Source: the human T2T-CHM13v2.0 reference genome, Homo sapiens. Taken from it: a stretch of DNA of 64,000 nucleotides. Below the pieces are notes generated by a model. It saw only the letters and a list, made by a program, of their open reading frames with translations. It made no database searches and was not told where the DNA came from. Positions within the stretch are counted from its first letter, which is position 1. Every line of letters starts with the position of its first letter. Positions 43,841 through 64,000 of this stretch are shown one piece after another. The position numbers and the translations under genes were made by a program. Location: NCBI RefSeq assembly GCF_009914755.1, contig NC_060943.1, one strand, 5' to 3'.

Positions 43841-45742
43841 ATAGAACTGCAGGACACCAGGTGGCATCAGACCAAGATGCAATAAAATCCAGGATCAGTT
43901 GAACGCACAACTCCATCCAGGCCCTTATCACACTGCACAGATCAGTCACCTTTAAACTGGGGATGGCAGGGGATCCGAAGTCCCTCAGTATCAACGTATC
44001 TGGCCCAGCACCACACTGGCCAGGGGCTCAGTAAAGGTTTGCGGAATGAACACACTTGGAGCACAGAGGACCCCAGGGCTGCGCCGGGGGAACTGCTAGA
44101 GGAGCCAGGCCCAGGGAGCCTCGGGGAGACCTGGGGAGAAATTACTTAGGGCTGTCACGTCCCCATGAGGCTGGCCTGTTTCTGCAGAACTAGGACAGTG
44201 GTGTGAAGCCACTGAGAAGCAGACTCTGCCGGCAGAGGGCAGGGCCGCCGAAGGTGAGGCAGGCTTCTGCATGCATGGCCGGGATGACAGGGAGGGACAC
44301 CTGCCCAGGCCTGGGCCCCTGGGGTCCCGTGAGGCTCTGGCTCCAAACTCAGGCAGCCACTCCAGCCTTTCCCACCAACATCAATCCTAGAGAGGCAAGA
44401 CAGTCCTGTTTACACACTGGGCACCCGGCTCCTGCATCTGAGTAAACGGAACAGCTGTGCAGGAATAATCAAGCGTTCTGCTCCACACCTCAGCCTGGCT
44501 GCCTCAGAAACAAGAACCTTCACACATTTTCTAAATAGGGGAGAGAATTCCTAGATGGGGAGTCCAGGGCCAAGGATAAGCCACCTGGGGCTGGAGGCGA
44601 GGAAGGGCTGCCCCTGCTCAGGTGGAATCCCATGGCGCTTGGCTGCCCTCACCAGCCCCCACCGGGGAAGGTGCCTCTGAGGACCTGCACTGGACACGAG
44701 GAGGCAGGAGTGGCGCGCCTGCCCTCAGGGAGCCCACTGCACACCACGTCCATGCGGCATGGGGCAGGTCTGGGAGAGCTGCTGCTGAGCCAGGGTTTGG
44801 CCACTGAGTAACCAAGATCATGGGGCAGTCTGAAGGCAGGGACAGAGGCCAGCTGTTGGCTGAAGGTGCTGTCACTGTCAGGTCACAGAACCCCTCTTGG
44901 TGGGCAGGCAAAAATCCAGGCTCCCAGGCCCACCCTGCAGTGACTCAGGAGGCCCCCCTGTGACCATGGAATCTATATGTTACAGCTCCCCAGGAGGCCC
45001 TAATAATTGGCAGGTCCAAGAGGGACCCTTCAGGGTGCCTGATGTGACTCAGGGAGCACCTTTCTCTGGGGCAGGGGAATCTAGCAGATCTAAAGGCTCA
45101 CACAGGACCACCTCATTCCAAATGGCCTTGGAGCAAGAGAGGGGATTCTGGCCGGGAAGCCCTTACGTCTGTGGGTATCTTGTGAAGGCGGGCACTGAGG
45201 GCGGGTGGGTGCAGTGGCTGCTGCAGGAAGCCCAGTTGCAGGGGCCTGCCTGGGGCACGGGAGGCTCAGGGAAGGCTCAGCAGTACCCAGGACTGACAGG
45301 AGACCAGGGAGCAAAGGTCGGAAAGACACGAGGCTTGATACAGGTGGCAGGAGCTGCCCACGAACCCAGGAGCCAGAAGGCAGACACGTGGGGACGGGGG
45401 TAAGTGGGGCTCGGGGTTGACAGCCCCAGTGCACGAGAGCGCGGGTCAGATGATGAGGACAGAGGAAATCCATCTGTGTGACCTGGAGGACCTGCAACTC
45501 ATCCCAGGAAGCCACTATGGCCCTGCTGGAGGTGCTGCCCCTGGGCTGCTGCACAGTTGGCTTCCTCAAGTCACCTGCCGCTGTGAAGCCTCCACACACG
45601 GCAACTGCCGGTCACACATGGCTATCCTCTGTCTTGTTTACTGTCTGCACCCCCGACCCACGGGGGCACTGAATTTGTCTGTTTTGGTCACTGTGGGGCA
45701 CACAGTAGGTGCTGAGTGAGGTGCTGGGTGAGGGAAGGGTTA

Positions 45743-46660
<918 letters not shown>

Positions 46661-47042
46661 AAGAGGTTTTACTTTTGTAATTAAAATAACCCCAAAAGTT
46701 ATTTACAAAGGAGTATTTTTAAAAAATACTGTGCTACGGACAGCATCTTTCTGAAAGACCAGTCCCGTGGGTGCCGGCCGCTCTGTGGGGCCTGGGTGGT
46801 GAGGATGAGGAAGGCCACGGCAGTGGACAGGCTGGTGGGACCCCAGTTTGTGTCACTGCTGTTTCTCTGCCACTTCCTTGTCCAGAGCAGGAGGGCCTGC
46901 TGGCACCACCCACCACCAGTTCCATTTACCTTTCCAAGCCTGAGACCAGCCCGACCCCGCTGTGGGGCAGAAGAGTCCAGGGAGAGGCCAGGGGCTGAGA
47001 ATCCCCAGCCCTGCCAGACAGTGGGGGAGAACCAGGTTCACA

Positions 47043-48500
47043 GGCAGATGTCCCTGTACCCCCTTTGTGAAACACTCAGCACAGGTACAAGTGAACACCC
47101 ACTCACTGGATACCATGGGAGGGACTCGGGAGGGCAAGGGCAGGACCAGAGGGGACAGCCTCTGGGGTCAGGGTTCAGAAGGAGCTTCACAGGACATTTG
47201 GCCAAATGCTCTCACTAAAGGGGAAGTGAGGAGGCACAGGGAAGAGCGCAATCCCCGTCTCCCGCAGCTTATCCATGCACTTGCAAGGCTGCTGAACATC
47301 TGCTGTGGGCCTGAGCCTCACCCAGCACTGCTCCATTCCCCCAGCCGGCAGAGCGCGACAACGAGCAGGTCACCGAACAGGAGGTGGCCTGGAGCCCCAC
47401 TGAGGCAGAGATCCTCCTGGCAGCTGGGCCAGGGACATCCAGATCCATCTCACCGACAGCAAGATTACAAATCCAGCAGAGAGCCTAACCCAGGTTTGCC
47501 ACTTTCTTTTTAAAATGAATTTTATTTTTCAGAACAGTTTTAGGTTTACAGAAAAATTACAAGGATAATACCAAGTTCCCATATGGCCCCCTCCCAGTTT
47601 CCCCTATGGGTACCACCGCAAGTGAGTATGAAATGCTGGTGACGATGAATGTTCCCATTACCTCTAGTCCACGCCCCAGCCGCTTCCTTAGTCTTTCCCT
47701 CATGTTCTTTCCTGCCCCAGGACCTCATCCAGGATCCCACGTGACATTTAGCAGTCACATCCCCTCAGGCTCCTCTCGACTATGACAGTTTCTTGTTTCT
47801 CGTGACTGTGACGGTTTTGAGGACTGGTCGGACATCCCGTAGACTCTCGATTGGGTTTGCTGGAGTCTGTCACAGCTGGAGCGCCCTTCTCGTCACACGA
47901 TGTCAAGGGCACAGGCCGTCAACGTGACTTATGGCTGCTGGTGCTGACCGTGATCACTGGGCCGAGGCAGTCAGTTTGCCAGGTTTCTTGGCTGTAAAGT
48001 GACTCCCACCCCTTTCCACACTGCCCTCCACGGAAGGAAGTCAGGACGCCCAGCCCACACTTAAGGCATGGCCCTGACGTAGCAGCTATAGAAATGACGT
48101 GCAGTTAGTTCTGCATGGGGCGCTCTCTTTCCTAAAGAACAAAACCAAAATCAGATCCTCTAGACTCGTATTTCTAATAAAACTCCTCAGGGCTAAGAGA
48201 CTCAGCTCTGGGGCCCTGGACAAAGTGAGAACCCAGAGCACCAAGACCGTAGGACCAGGCCCGTGTGGAGCGAATTGGGATCGCAGCTTGGAGAACAAGC
48301 AACGGAGCAGTGCAGCCAGGTCAGGACTGCCAGGGCCTCTGCAAGTGCTCCAGATGGCAGTGTGAAACTGGCAGGTGTCCCTGCACCCCCTTTGTGACAC
48401 ACTCAGCACACGTACAAGCGAATACCCACTCACTGGACACCACGGGAGGGACTCGGGATGGCAAGGGCAGGACCAGAGGGGACAGCCTCTGGGGTCAGGG
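47043..48500 (+). repeat. Local direct duplication, 131 bp (47043-47173 and 48370-48500)
   Basis: Ungapped alignment with 9 mismatches in 131 nt, counted by hand. Confidence 0.92.
47515..48190 (-). mobile_element. Old L1MC-type 3' end
   Basis: ttttatttttcagaacagttttaggtttacagaaaaatt is the reverse of the L1M terminus seen at ~4230 and ~58140. Confidence 0.6.
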
Positions 48501-50084
48501 ATTCCTGTGATATGGATTCTTGACCACGACGCCAGCCTGGCTGGGTTTTTTTCACTCCTGAACACCTGCTCTCGAAGTGCTCAGCGCCTTCTGCATCCGG
48601 GCCCCATCTTTCTGCTCCATAAACAAGCCTGGACCACCTGCCTCCTTGGCTGCGGCGCCTCAGGCAGCCTAAGTGCTGCTTGAGAAAGTCACACACTGAT
48701 AGGGACTCGAGCACCAATGCCCGTTCCTGTGTCCTCAGCCACAGCCGGTTCCTCTCAACACAGAAACATGGTCCCTGCTTGGACCAAGTCCCTGCTTCCT
48801 CATCTCCCAGGTGCTGGGTGATCCTGACTGGTCCCCTAGGATGGTCACTGCCCTGGGGACCGTTTCAGGATGTGTCCCCTGAGCTTTCGGCAGCTCAGGG
48901 TAGGGCCTACCCTCTTGGGACACCCCTCCTCCAGGATGTGGAAACCACACCAGGTTTCCGTCTCCCTGGCTGTCCCTCCTCAGGCTCCTCACTCCCTGTC
49001 CATTCCATGGAGACCCATGGGCCCTGAGGACCCACCTTTGGCCCTTGTCTCTGCCACATGCTCTTCCTCACCACACATGCCCACACCTGCCAACATCACC
49101 GAGGGAGTCGCACACCCCTGGGCTGCCCGTCACCTTCCATGGTCAAGCTCTTCTCTGTCCTCAAGGAGCTGACGCATTAACTGAGCACCTACTATGTGTC
49201 AGGCCCTGTGCTTGGCTGGGAGTTAGTGATGCATGACAGAGGACGGTCGCTGCCATCATGAAAGCCGTCACATCCCTGGGGGCAAGTCAGACAACATGGT
49301 GGTGAGAAACTGACAAGCATTAAGACAGGGGTCAGGAGGGCCCGTCGCAGAGGAGATATTTTAAACCTCTGCGTGGCTGACGTGAGCATTCCAGACAGAA
49401 GAGCAGGTGCCAAGTCTCCGAGGCAGAGACAATGCCAGTGTATTCCCAGAAAGTAGAGGTGGCCCGTGTGGCAAGGGCCTAGGAAGTGGCCACTGGCAGC
49501 AGGGCAGAGCCAGTGTGGAGCCAGCGGGCTGGTGATCTAATCCAGATGGGAGATGCAGGCTATGTGCACAGGCCAGGGCAGTAGAGGAATGCCCCACCCA
49601 GAGGACAGGTAGTGGGGGCAGGCCCCTGATCTCCCTACAGGCTGAGCCTTGTGAGTCAAGGCCTGGCTTCATCCCCAGAATCTGCTCTCCTCTCTGTGGT
49701 AGGTGCCTGGAGGCAGCAGGAAGGCAGGCAGGTGAGGGATGAAGGTGCCCTGGTTTCCACCCGCTGGGTGAGGCCATCACTGGAAGGGCTTTGTCCAGCA
49801 CCTGACCACCCACCTCCACCTTTGCCTCCAATAGAAACAAATCTGGACAGCTTTCTAAGCCACCACTGACTGCCCAGGCGACACCCCCAACCAATGAAGT
49901 CAGAAAAGGAGGAGGTGGGGGGGTTGCCAGTTGGCCTCAGTGGTTTTAAGTCAGGGTCTCAGTCTGTTGCCAAGACTCGGCTCACTGCAACCTCTGCCTC
50001 CTAGGCTCAGGCGATGCTCCCACCTCAGCCCCCCAAGTAGCTGGGACTAGAGGGGCACGCCACCATGCCCAGCTAATTTTTTAA

Positions 50085-50249
<165 letters not shown>

Positions 50250-52619
50250 TGAGGGGCATGGGGCTTCCCATGGTTATGCAGAGGAGAGGAGGCCTCCAGA
50301 GGAGAAGTGCAAACGGGCCCCCAAGTTACTGTTTCTCCAGGCAGGGTCCACAAGCCACCTGCACCAGGGGCATCTGGAGTTCAAGGCAACAACTTGGCTC
50401 CCTAGATACCCCTACCCCATCCCGGGACCCAGGATGTCAGGCAGGTGTGGGAATCCACATCCCCAAACTCCTTACAGATGCTCCTCCTGCCCACCAGTGG
50501 CAGAGCTTGCCAAAGCCCCTGCCTGGAGATGGGAGATCAGCCCTGAGACAGGAGGCCTGAGGGTTTGCGAGGGAGCAGGAGGACAGGGAGCCAAGCTCAG
50601 AGGGGCCTGGCTCCTGCACAGGCCGTGGTGGGCCTGCCTGGTGTCAGTGCTCGGGGGGCAAACGGGGCCCCTGGGATGGGAGATGGGATGGAGAGGGTGT
50701 GGGTGGGAGATACGGGGAAGCAGGAAGGAGACTGGCAGGGAGGAATGCAGGATGCAGAACCCGGGAGTGAAATGCAGGGCTGTCCCAGAGGCCAGTGCAT
50801 GCCCGGCTCTCACTTCCCTCAACTGGAGGAAGAGCCTCCTCACCCTTTCTGGCCACAAGGCAGGGTCTGAGAGTCACATTTCCCCAAGTATCCTGATGCT
50901 GCTGCTGGCCCAGGGACTGTACCCTGAAAGCTGCTGCCTGGAGAAGACAAAGCTGCCTCTGCGGGGAGCACCATGGTTGCCTTACTGGGCACCCATACAC
51001 CGCCCACACTGGGCAAACACTGGCCAGTGCTCTCGAACTTCCAAACACATTTCTCCCTCTCTTTGGATGAGGGTTAAGACTGGAGAGCTGCTTCCTTGTC
51101 TTATGCTGCCAGACACAATGCTTCCATCCCTCCATGCTTCTTGCAGCTGGAAGCGCCCTGACCTGACACGGGGTGCAGGGCTGAGGGGGCGAGTGCCCTG
51201 TGGGTGAAGCCCTCCTCTGCACCGTGAGGGCAGGTCCCGTGAGTTCTCTCTTTAAAGGCTCAAGGGAAGACCTCACTGAGAGACAGAGACTGGAGGTGGA
51301 GACTGAATTAATTCAGCAATAAATAAGAAACAGCAAAGGTCTGCAAAAGAAAAGAAACAGGCGAAGGACAAGAAGGGTATTTTACAAAAGTAGTACAAAC
51401 AACCACTAAATAGAAACAGTGATGAACTTCACTCGAAATAGGAATCACCCTGATCGGATGTCGCTCGTCCCTCACAGGGTGGCAAAGGTGAGAAATCCTG
51501 CCAAGGCTAGCGGATAGCAGGGCTGGACAGAAGGAAGGGTGAACTAAGCGTCCCCTAGAGAGCGAGTTAGCGACAGGGACCAAGAGCCTTTAAAAGGTGC
51601 GCTCTCCCATCTGCCGCTTCACCGGCAGGAAGACTTTCTATGGAAATAACCAGTGAGCAAAGATTTGTGCCAGGACATTTATGTCAGCAGGGCTTTCAAA
51701 TATCAACAAATGGGAAGCAGAATACTATGCGACCGATGATGATGGGATCGCGAGATGTTCAGCGAAGTGGAAAAATGTCCAGATACAGGAAGGGAAGTTT
51801 ATCCACAGCCTGAGAGAAGAGCCCATTCTGTAGAAGTACGTGGCTGCTTATGGCCATGAATACGTAAAGAAAATCATTTGGAGGGACATGTGCCCAAAAG
51901 CTAACAGCGGTATGATTGTGGGTGATTTTTTGTTTGTTTGTTTCTGCTTGGCTCATGCTTAAGTTTTTTTTTCTGTGAGGAGCAAACATGACTCATATTA
52001 AGAAAAAAGCCATCAGGCTGGGAAAGTCCGGAAGGACATTCCTGCAGAGGGAACAGTGTTCAGAGAATCACAAGCGCCCAAGAGTAGAGCCTGACCGGGG
52101 GGTGCCGGGGGGGGGGGGAGGGTGCAGCAAGTGGGGAGAGGGGGCAGGCGCCCAGGGGTGTCCCTACCCTCTTGGGACACCCCCTCCTCCGGGATGTGGT
52201 TAAAGCCTTGGGCAGCGGTGTGGGCTTTAACCCGACCAGAGATATACAGCAAGACAGAAGCCGTGAATGGGGCTGCAGCCTGGTGGCTCCGGCATGACAG
52301 GTCATCCATGAGGGTAGAGGGCTGACTCCTTCTGATCCCCCGAGGGACATATGGGGCCACTGTGGAGAGACCAGACACTGGGGCAGGGCTGCCCAGGAAG
52401 GCAGCGGGCAGGACCACCGGGCGCTGCAGTGGCCTCCTTAGCTGGTGTTTGTGGGTGGAACAGCCAACAACCAACCAACGCCATATCCCCAACATAGGGA
52501 CCAGGGCCAGGCCAGCCAGAAACATTCCGAGTCTTGAGAGCAGCACATGGGGCAGTCCCTTCCTCCCAGCCATCATCACGCCCCTCCTTCCTCCCGCCAC
52601 CAGTGCCCAGCCCATGGCT

Positions 52620-53400
52620 GGCACTCAACCAGTATTTGCTGAATGATGATCTGCACTCTCCCCCATCCCCAGCACCACTCATTCATTCATTCCTTCCTTC
52701 ACTCTGCAAACACCGACTGGCTATGTCTAGGGCTACGGAGATTAACAAAGCTCCTCCCTCCAGGAGAGATACTCATGTGCTGGACCAGAAAGCTCCAGCT
52801 CAGTGCCAGGTGGAAACCCCACAGTGCAGGTCGGCCCAGGTGCCATAGGAACCCACAGCGGAGCATCTGACACTTGGGCCAAGGGAGGCCTCCTTAAGCA
52901 AACACGACCAGGACCTGAACGGTTTGAGGAGGGGAGTGACAGGGTCACATGCGGGCTGTCAAACAGGCCCCTCTGCTGCAGTGAGGACAGTGGTCTTCAG
53001 GGAGCATAGGAGGCCAGTTAAGAGGCCAAAACGACAGTGCAGGCCACCAGCAGTGGTGTCCTGGGCTAGAATGGTGGCTGAGGAGAGAGGGGAAAGGGAT
53101 GGACTGAAGCAACACCCAGGAGGATGAGAGCCAAGGACACGCCTAGATTTCTGAGCAGAGCTACCAAGTGGATGGTGGTGCCATCGGCTAAGGTGGGGAC
53201 AACTGGAAACGAGTGGCTGGCTTTAGGGAGAGTCAGGTCAGTTAGGAATATACTGAATTTAAGGGGCCGAGGGCTTCTGGAGCTCAGGACAGCCTTCTGG
53301 TCAAAAAGGAGGTGGCAGACAGAGGGCAGCTGGGAGCCATGAGGTGACTCTGCCCACCGTGAGTGTCAGCTTTGGAAGAAGAGGAGAATGACATAACCCT
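52620..53400. mobile_element. L2 fragments
   Basis: attcattcattc tail and degenerate L2-like text (tggatggtggtgccat...). Confidence 0.45.
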
Positions 53401-53597
53401 CTGAGCATAACCCTCTGGCATAACCGGCTGAGTCAAAGGCTGGGGAAAGGCGCTAAAGACAGATGGGGCATGGCCTCAGGGGCAGTTAGACAGGTGGGAG
53501 GAGGAGGTGCTCCTGAAAGCCAATGGGAGAGGATGCTTCTGGAAGGAGGTGGAGACAGGGAACAGGACAGTATGTGGGTGGGAGGCCAACACACACA

Positions 53598-53790
53598 GCA
53601 GTGGCTCTCGCTAGGGGAGACTCTGCCTCCCAGGGGACATGCGGCAATGTCAGGACATTTTTGGGTTTCACCACTGGGATGTCACTACTGGGACCACGTG
53701 GGTGGAGGCCAGGGATGCTGCTCAACACCCTGCAGTGTCCAGTGCGGCGTCCAGCCCTGACATCAGGAGCCACAGATGTGGAGGAACTCC
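53598..53790 (+). mobile_element. MER20 DNA transposon
   Basis: cagtggctctc...caggggacatgcggcaatgtcaggacatttttgg...ggccagggatgctgctcaacaccctgcagtg. Confidence 0.7.
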
Positions 53791-54849
53791 GAGCTAGAGG
53801 AAGCTGGAAGTCTGGAAGGAATTCCTTTCAAGACACTCGAAGCCCAGGAAAAGTGGGCACTTGGAGAGCCTGAGGCTCTTGGGAAGCCGGGAAGGGAAGG
53901 GAAGGGAGGATCGGGGCTGGAGAGCTGGAGACGCTATTAGTTCCACTGCGAAGCGGGAGGTGGTCATCAGCTGAGGGTGAAGGGGGTGGTCAGAGGACCG
54001 AGGAGGGTAAACACGGGGAAATGGCTGCTGTGGGGCTCGGAGACACCCGTGTTGTGAGCTGAGCTAGGCCAGGGATCAGATTCGCCGGGGTGCCTGCCTG
54101 GCCGGGTGAGAGGCTGTCTTGGGAGGCTGGGAGAAAGCCGTTGGCTGGGGAGAGGGGTGGTGAGACCTAGCGCCGTGCCCCGGGCCCTGCCAGCGAAGAG
54201 GTTTGCCCACACTGGCGGCAGGCTGAGCAAAGCCAGGTTGCAGCATGTTCTCCGTAAAGCTCCAGTCACTTGAAGGGCTGCTAACAAGAGGCTGGGCCAA
54301 GATGAAAGCCCAGGCCCAGCCACTCCACAACTCCTGGTGCGCCAGTTACTAACTACTGTCCAAAGATAAGACAGGGCTCACCTCCGAACTGAAATAATTT
54401 CCAAATTACACTTTTGCAGCCTTCACTGATTCTCAAAACCAGTTCTCTCCAGACTGAGCCAAATCTAGGTGTTCCTTTAGCATAGCTCACATTCCTGTGA
54501 AAACCACAAGGGAACAGACAAAGAAGTCAGGTTGCAGGAGAATAACTGCAAATTCCATGGGAATGCTTGCAATATCTCTGGTGCTCAGGAATATCAAGGA
54601 AAATTCCCTTCCACCAGAAAGAGGAAAAAGGTGAGAATTGTTAGTGGCACAGGAGAATTTTAAAACCCTTCTCTTATTTAGGATGGTCTCCTGGAGCAGG
54701 AGAGAGATGCTGGCTTCTAGAACATTCTAACACTGCTCAAGTTTGTATACTGTGTAAAATCCCCATTGAGAAGGCGTTTATTAAATCAGACTCTTGGAGT
54801 TGGAAGGAGAGAAGGCTTTCTTATTCAGTGCCTGCATCTGAAGAGCTAA

Positions 54850-58062
<3,213 letters not shown>

Positions 58063-59192
58063 TTTCTATTTAAAAAAAATTTTATTCAGTCAATACTTCA
58101 TTGTAATGCTACAGAACGAGTGTTCTCCACAATTTTTCTGTAAACCTAAAACTGCTCTAAAAAATAGTCTATGGACACAAAACAGAACAACTCCAAGTTC
58201 ACTAAGAGGGCTTCGGAGAGACCTACAAACAATTCCAGCACCACAATTTAAGATCCTGTAAAAAAGCCTTTGGGTTGTCTCTCGAGAGAATTCCAGATTT
58301 CCGATTGCTTTCTCCCCATGTCCAGAGCCTGTGGGGTGTACCTGAACCCCACCCCTGGACACCCTGCTGCTGAGGGGGCAGGTAGGCAATGGTCCTCTGC
58401 ACCTGTTTATTCCCAAAGACACAGTGAGTGAGCTGGAAAGAGGTGAGGGTTTCTCTACCAGTCAGAGGAACTTGGTCTTCACAGTTTGCAGGCTTTGAAA
58501 TGTCTTTCTCAGTTGCTGAAGTCTTTCCTTTCAGTGATAAACATCAGAGCCAGTGATGACTTTGGAGAAGAGTCCAGATCAATGCGGCCAAGTATGCCGA
58601 GCCCGCCCTGCTGAAAGTGCGCCGCACACTGGGCTCACTTCTCAGAGGCCCCTCATCCCTGCCTCTAAACACACAGGTAGTCATCCCTGTGGATGGCCAC
58701 CCGCCTGGAGGTCTCGGTGAGAGCCCATCCCTTTCCCCAGATCCCTGTTGCTCAATTCTGTTATGTTTGAACACCCAGTGCCCACGGTCATGCGCCTTTG
58801 GCCTTCTTTAAAAATAGCCTTGCCAGCAGTTACATAAAAATCTGAACACACCTCTCATGTGGAGATTTCCTACCTACTCCCTGAATCAACGCCGAGGGAA
58901 GAATTAGGTCTGGTTTCTTTCTTCCTGGTAGAAACATCCAGGTCTTCCCTACCCTCCTACTACTCTCAGACAATGTGGAAAATCAGTACAATTTCCTAAC
59001 ATTTCTTTTATTTGAGGATGTCCTATGCTCCCTGCTCTTTAAAAAGTAGGTTAGCATCAAAAGCCATAGAAAAAAAGACTGAAAAGTGAGACTCCATGAA
59101 ATTAAAAACCTCTGTACAGCAAAAGGCATCACAGACCTAGACGAAGAGGAGTAGCCTAGAGAAAAGATTCACTGCATATTCTATTATTTAGA

Positions 59193-59425
59193 CCTGTGGT
59201 TTTCACACTGGGCCATTCTGCCCCCAAGGGGACACAGGGCAATGTCTGGAGACATTTTTGGTTACTGTGACTTGGTCAGGGCCAGGGGTCGGGGGAGGGG
59301 GTGCTACTGACACCTGGTGGGTAGAAGTCAGAGAGCTGTAAAGCATCCTTCAGGGCACAGGACGGCCCCACAACCAAGAATTATCTAACCCCAAATGTCA
59401 GTACTGCCGAGGTTGGGAAAACTTG
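59193..59425 (+). mobile_element. MER20 DNA transposon
   Basis: gcaatgtctggagacatttttggtt...cacaggacggccccacaaccaagaattatc...aaatgtcagtactgccgaggttggg. Confidence 0.8.
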
Positions 59426-60469
59426 ATTCGGAACATCTACAAATTGGTAAGGGATAAAAGAAGAGACGTAACCAAGAGGGAAGTAGGCAAAGGATGTGAG
59501 CAGCAATTTATAAAGGCCTTAAATTCAAATGGCTCGTAAGTCCAGAAAAAGACACTGAACTTCATCTTCGTGAACAATGAGGAAAATGCAAAAGAAAACC
59601 AGATGCTATTTTCTGCCAGTCACATGGAATAAAATCCAGCGCAAGATCACCTGCTACTGATCTGAGTATGAGATGGTAGAACCTTCTGACTCACAACTGC
59701 AGGATCTTTCTACAGAAATAATCACGCAAGTGCAGGAGTTCAAGACCAGTCTGGACAACAACGTGAGACCCTGACTCTCAACAAAAAATAAAATAATTTA
59801 GTGGGCATGGTGACCCATGCCTATAGTTTCAGCTACTCGGGAGACAAAGGCAGGGAGGATCGCTTGAGCCCAGGAGATCAAGGCTGCATGAGCCATGATG
59901 GCGCCATTGCACTCCAGCCTGGGCAACAGAGTAAGACTCTGTCTCAAAACAAAACAAAACAAAAAGTGCAAGGAAGGCACTACCTCATGGTTCATAAGAG
60001 TATAAAACTGGATAGAATTCTAAATATTCGTTAATGGGAAATGGCTAAATTTCAACTTTCAGTAGCAGCTCGGGACCTATAGACTTTAATCATGAGAAAC
60101 TCCACGTGTCTGTTACACCATCTGTGGCCACGAGATTTTAGAATAGATCACTGGCTCAAAAACAAACAAACAGACAAAAACATTTGCTGGAAGCTGATCC
60201 AAACAGACCACAAGGGTTAACACTGAAGAATTAAAATGCACATTGAAGCTTGCTCAAAATGTAATTCAAGCATTTCCCTTCTTTCTTTCTCTTTTTTCCT
60301 TTACCTTTCCTTCTCCTCGCCCTTTCTCTAAGAGTTAGGCATCTACTTTGCTTTTTCCCTCATTCTGCTTTCATGGACGGTGAGATGGACAATGGCTGTC
60401 CCAGGCTTACTGTCCACAGTGTGGTATCCTCTAGGTCTGGGAAAAGTGGACCTCCTGAAACACACATCA

Positions 60470-60676
60470 TGGCCTGTGGTACAAATCTGGCCCATTGCCT
60501 GTTGTTATAAATAAAGTTTTATTGGAACACAGCTTGTCTCATTTGTTTATGTATTGTCTGTCTATAGATAGTTTTGTACTACAATAACACAGTTAAGTAG
60601 TAGCAACCGTATGGCCAAAAAAGCTGAGAATATTTACCATCTGGCTCTTCACACAAAAAAAATCTGCCGACCTCTG
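60470..60676 (+). mobile_element. MER58-like DNA transposon
   Basis: aaataaagttttattggaacacagc...aatatttaccatctggc...tgccgacctctg. Confidence 0.75.
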
Positions 60677-60679
60677 TTT

Positions 60680-62640
<1,961 letters not shown>

Positions 62641-63643
62641 AAAATAAATTGTCTGAGTGTGGCGACTCATGCCTTTAATCCCAGCGCTTTCAGAGGCCAA
62701 GGTGGGAGGACTGCTTAAGCCTGGAGTTCAAGACCAGCCTGGGCAGCACAGAGAGATGCCATCATTACAAAAAAAAAAAAAATTAAAAATTACCCAGGAA
62801 TGGTGATGCACACCTGTATGCAATCCCAGCTAATCGGGGGGCTCAGCTGGGAGGATCACTAGAGCCTGGGAGGTCAATACTGCAGTTAGCTATGATTGTG
62901 CCACTGCAGTCCAGCGTGGGCGACAGAGTGAGATCCTGCCTCAAAAACAACAACAAAACCACAATAAAAATAAATTTTAAAAGGTTTAAAAAGAGAACTT
63001 CTGCTTTGCGGCCCTGTTCCTCCTGACACTCTGAGTCAAGGCTGAGCAGCCCCTGCAGGTCAAGTTCTTGGTCAACTAGTAACACGGGAGAAACCAACAA
63101 CCTGCCCTGCAAAGCAGTTTCATGACGTTTCTGGGCCCCCACCCCACTCTCTGGAGGCCCTTCCCTTGACCTTCTCCAAATCTGCATCATCAATCCTGGG
63201 CCAAATCAGCTTCTATCCCACAAGCTCCAACCACAACTGGGCCTTGTCACCACTCAATTATCACTGACTCCCAAGTCGTAGCCACTTCTGTCTCTCGAGG
63301 TGCAAGGCCTGCACTGTCCTGCAATCAAGATGCTCACCCCTCTGGTATTCCCTGTCAGTGGTCACCACCCATTGAGGCTCGGCGGTCACACGATGATGCT
63401 CACGGTCAGGCATGCCATTAATAAGTGGCAGGGCCAGGCCTCAAGTTGTCATGACAATGCAACTGTCAAACTGGCAAGGCCCTTCACAATCGGACCCAGG
63501 TGGTTCTCCAGCCTCAGTCGCCACCCTCCCTTCCCGCTCACTCCAGCTTCTTGCCAATATGCTACAGGCCTCTGCTTTGGCTGTTCCCTCTGCAGGGCAC
63601 TAGTGTCCTCTCCTTCACTTCCCAGCTCATTTTTTAAAATTAG

Positions 63644-63838
<195 letters not shown>

Positions 63839-64000
63839 TAGAGTGCAGTGGCATAATCACGGCTCACTGCAGCCTCAAACTGCCTCAGTTTCCCAAGTAG
63901 CTGGGACTACTGGTGTGTGCCACCATACCTGGCTGATTTTTAAATTTTTTTAGAGACAGGGGTCTCATTTTGTTGCCCATGCTGGCTTCAAGTCATCCTC

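Overview
Primate, almost certainly human, genomic DNA (recognised as the chr19p13.2 TIMM44-ELAVL1 interval). It is very Alu-rich and carries two minus-strand genes. (1) The 5' part of TIMM44 (mitochondrial import-motor tether): coding exons 1-4 at 8603-8559, 6149-6054, 3151-2981 and 99-19, plus its CpG-island promoter with a perfect TISU/YY1 start context. (2) All five coding exons of ELAVL1/HuR (172+104+154+226+325 = 981 nt, 326 aa) and its ~4.9-kb 3'UTR with several poly(A) signals; the non-coding first exon lies beyond the right edge. The rest is Alu, L1M, L2/MIR, MaLR/ERV LTRs, MER DNA transposons and simple repeats. Nearly all ORFs in the supplied track are repeat-derived or spurious. I see no new protein-coding or prokaryote-type system. 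The most notable unexplained structures are a 28-bp hairpin-unit minisatellite confined to the long HuR 3'UTR, a duplicated intergenic element with a 60-bp invariant core and an ERR/NR5A site, an apparently APOBEC3-hyperedited LTR fragment, templated or fold-back insertion scars inside Alus, closely spaced inverted Alu fusions, a (GGAA)15 microsatellite and a palindromic CTCF-like site. Repeat family names and boundaries were assigned by eye and are approximate.
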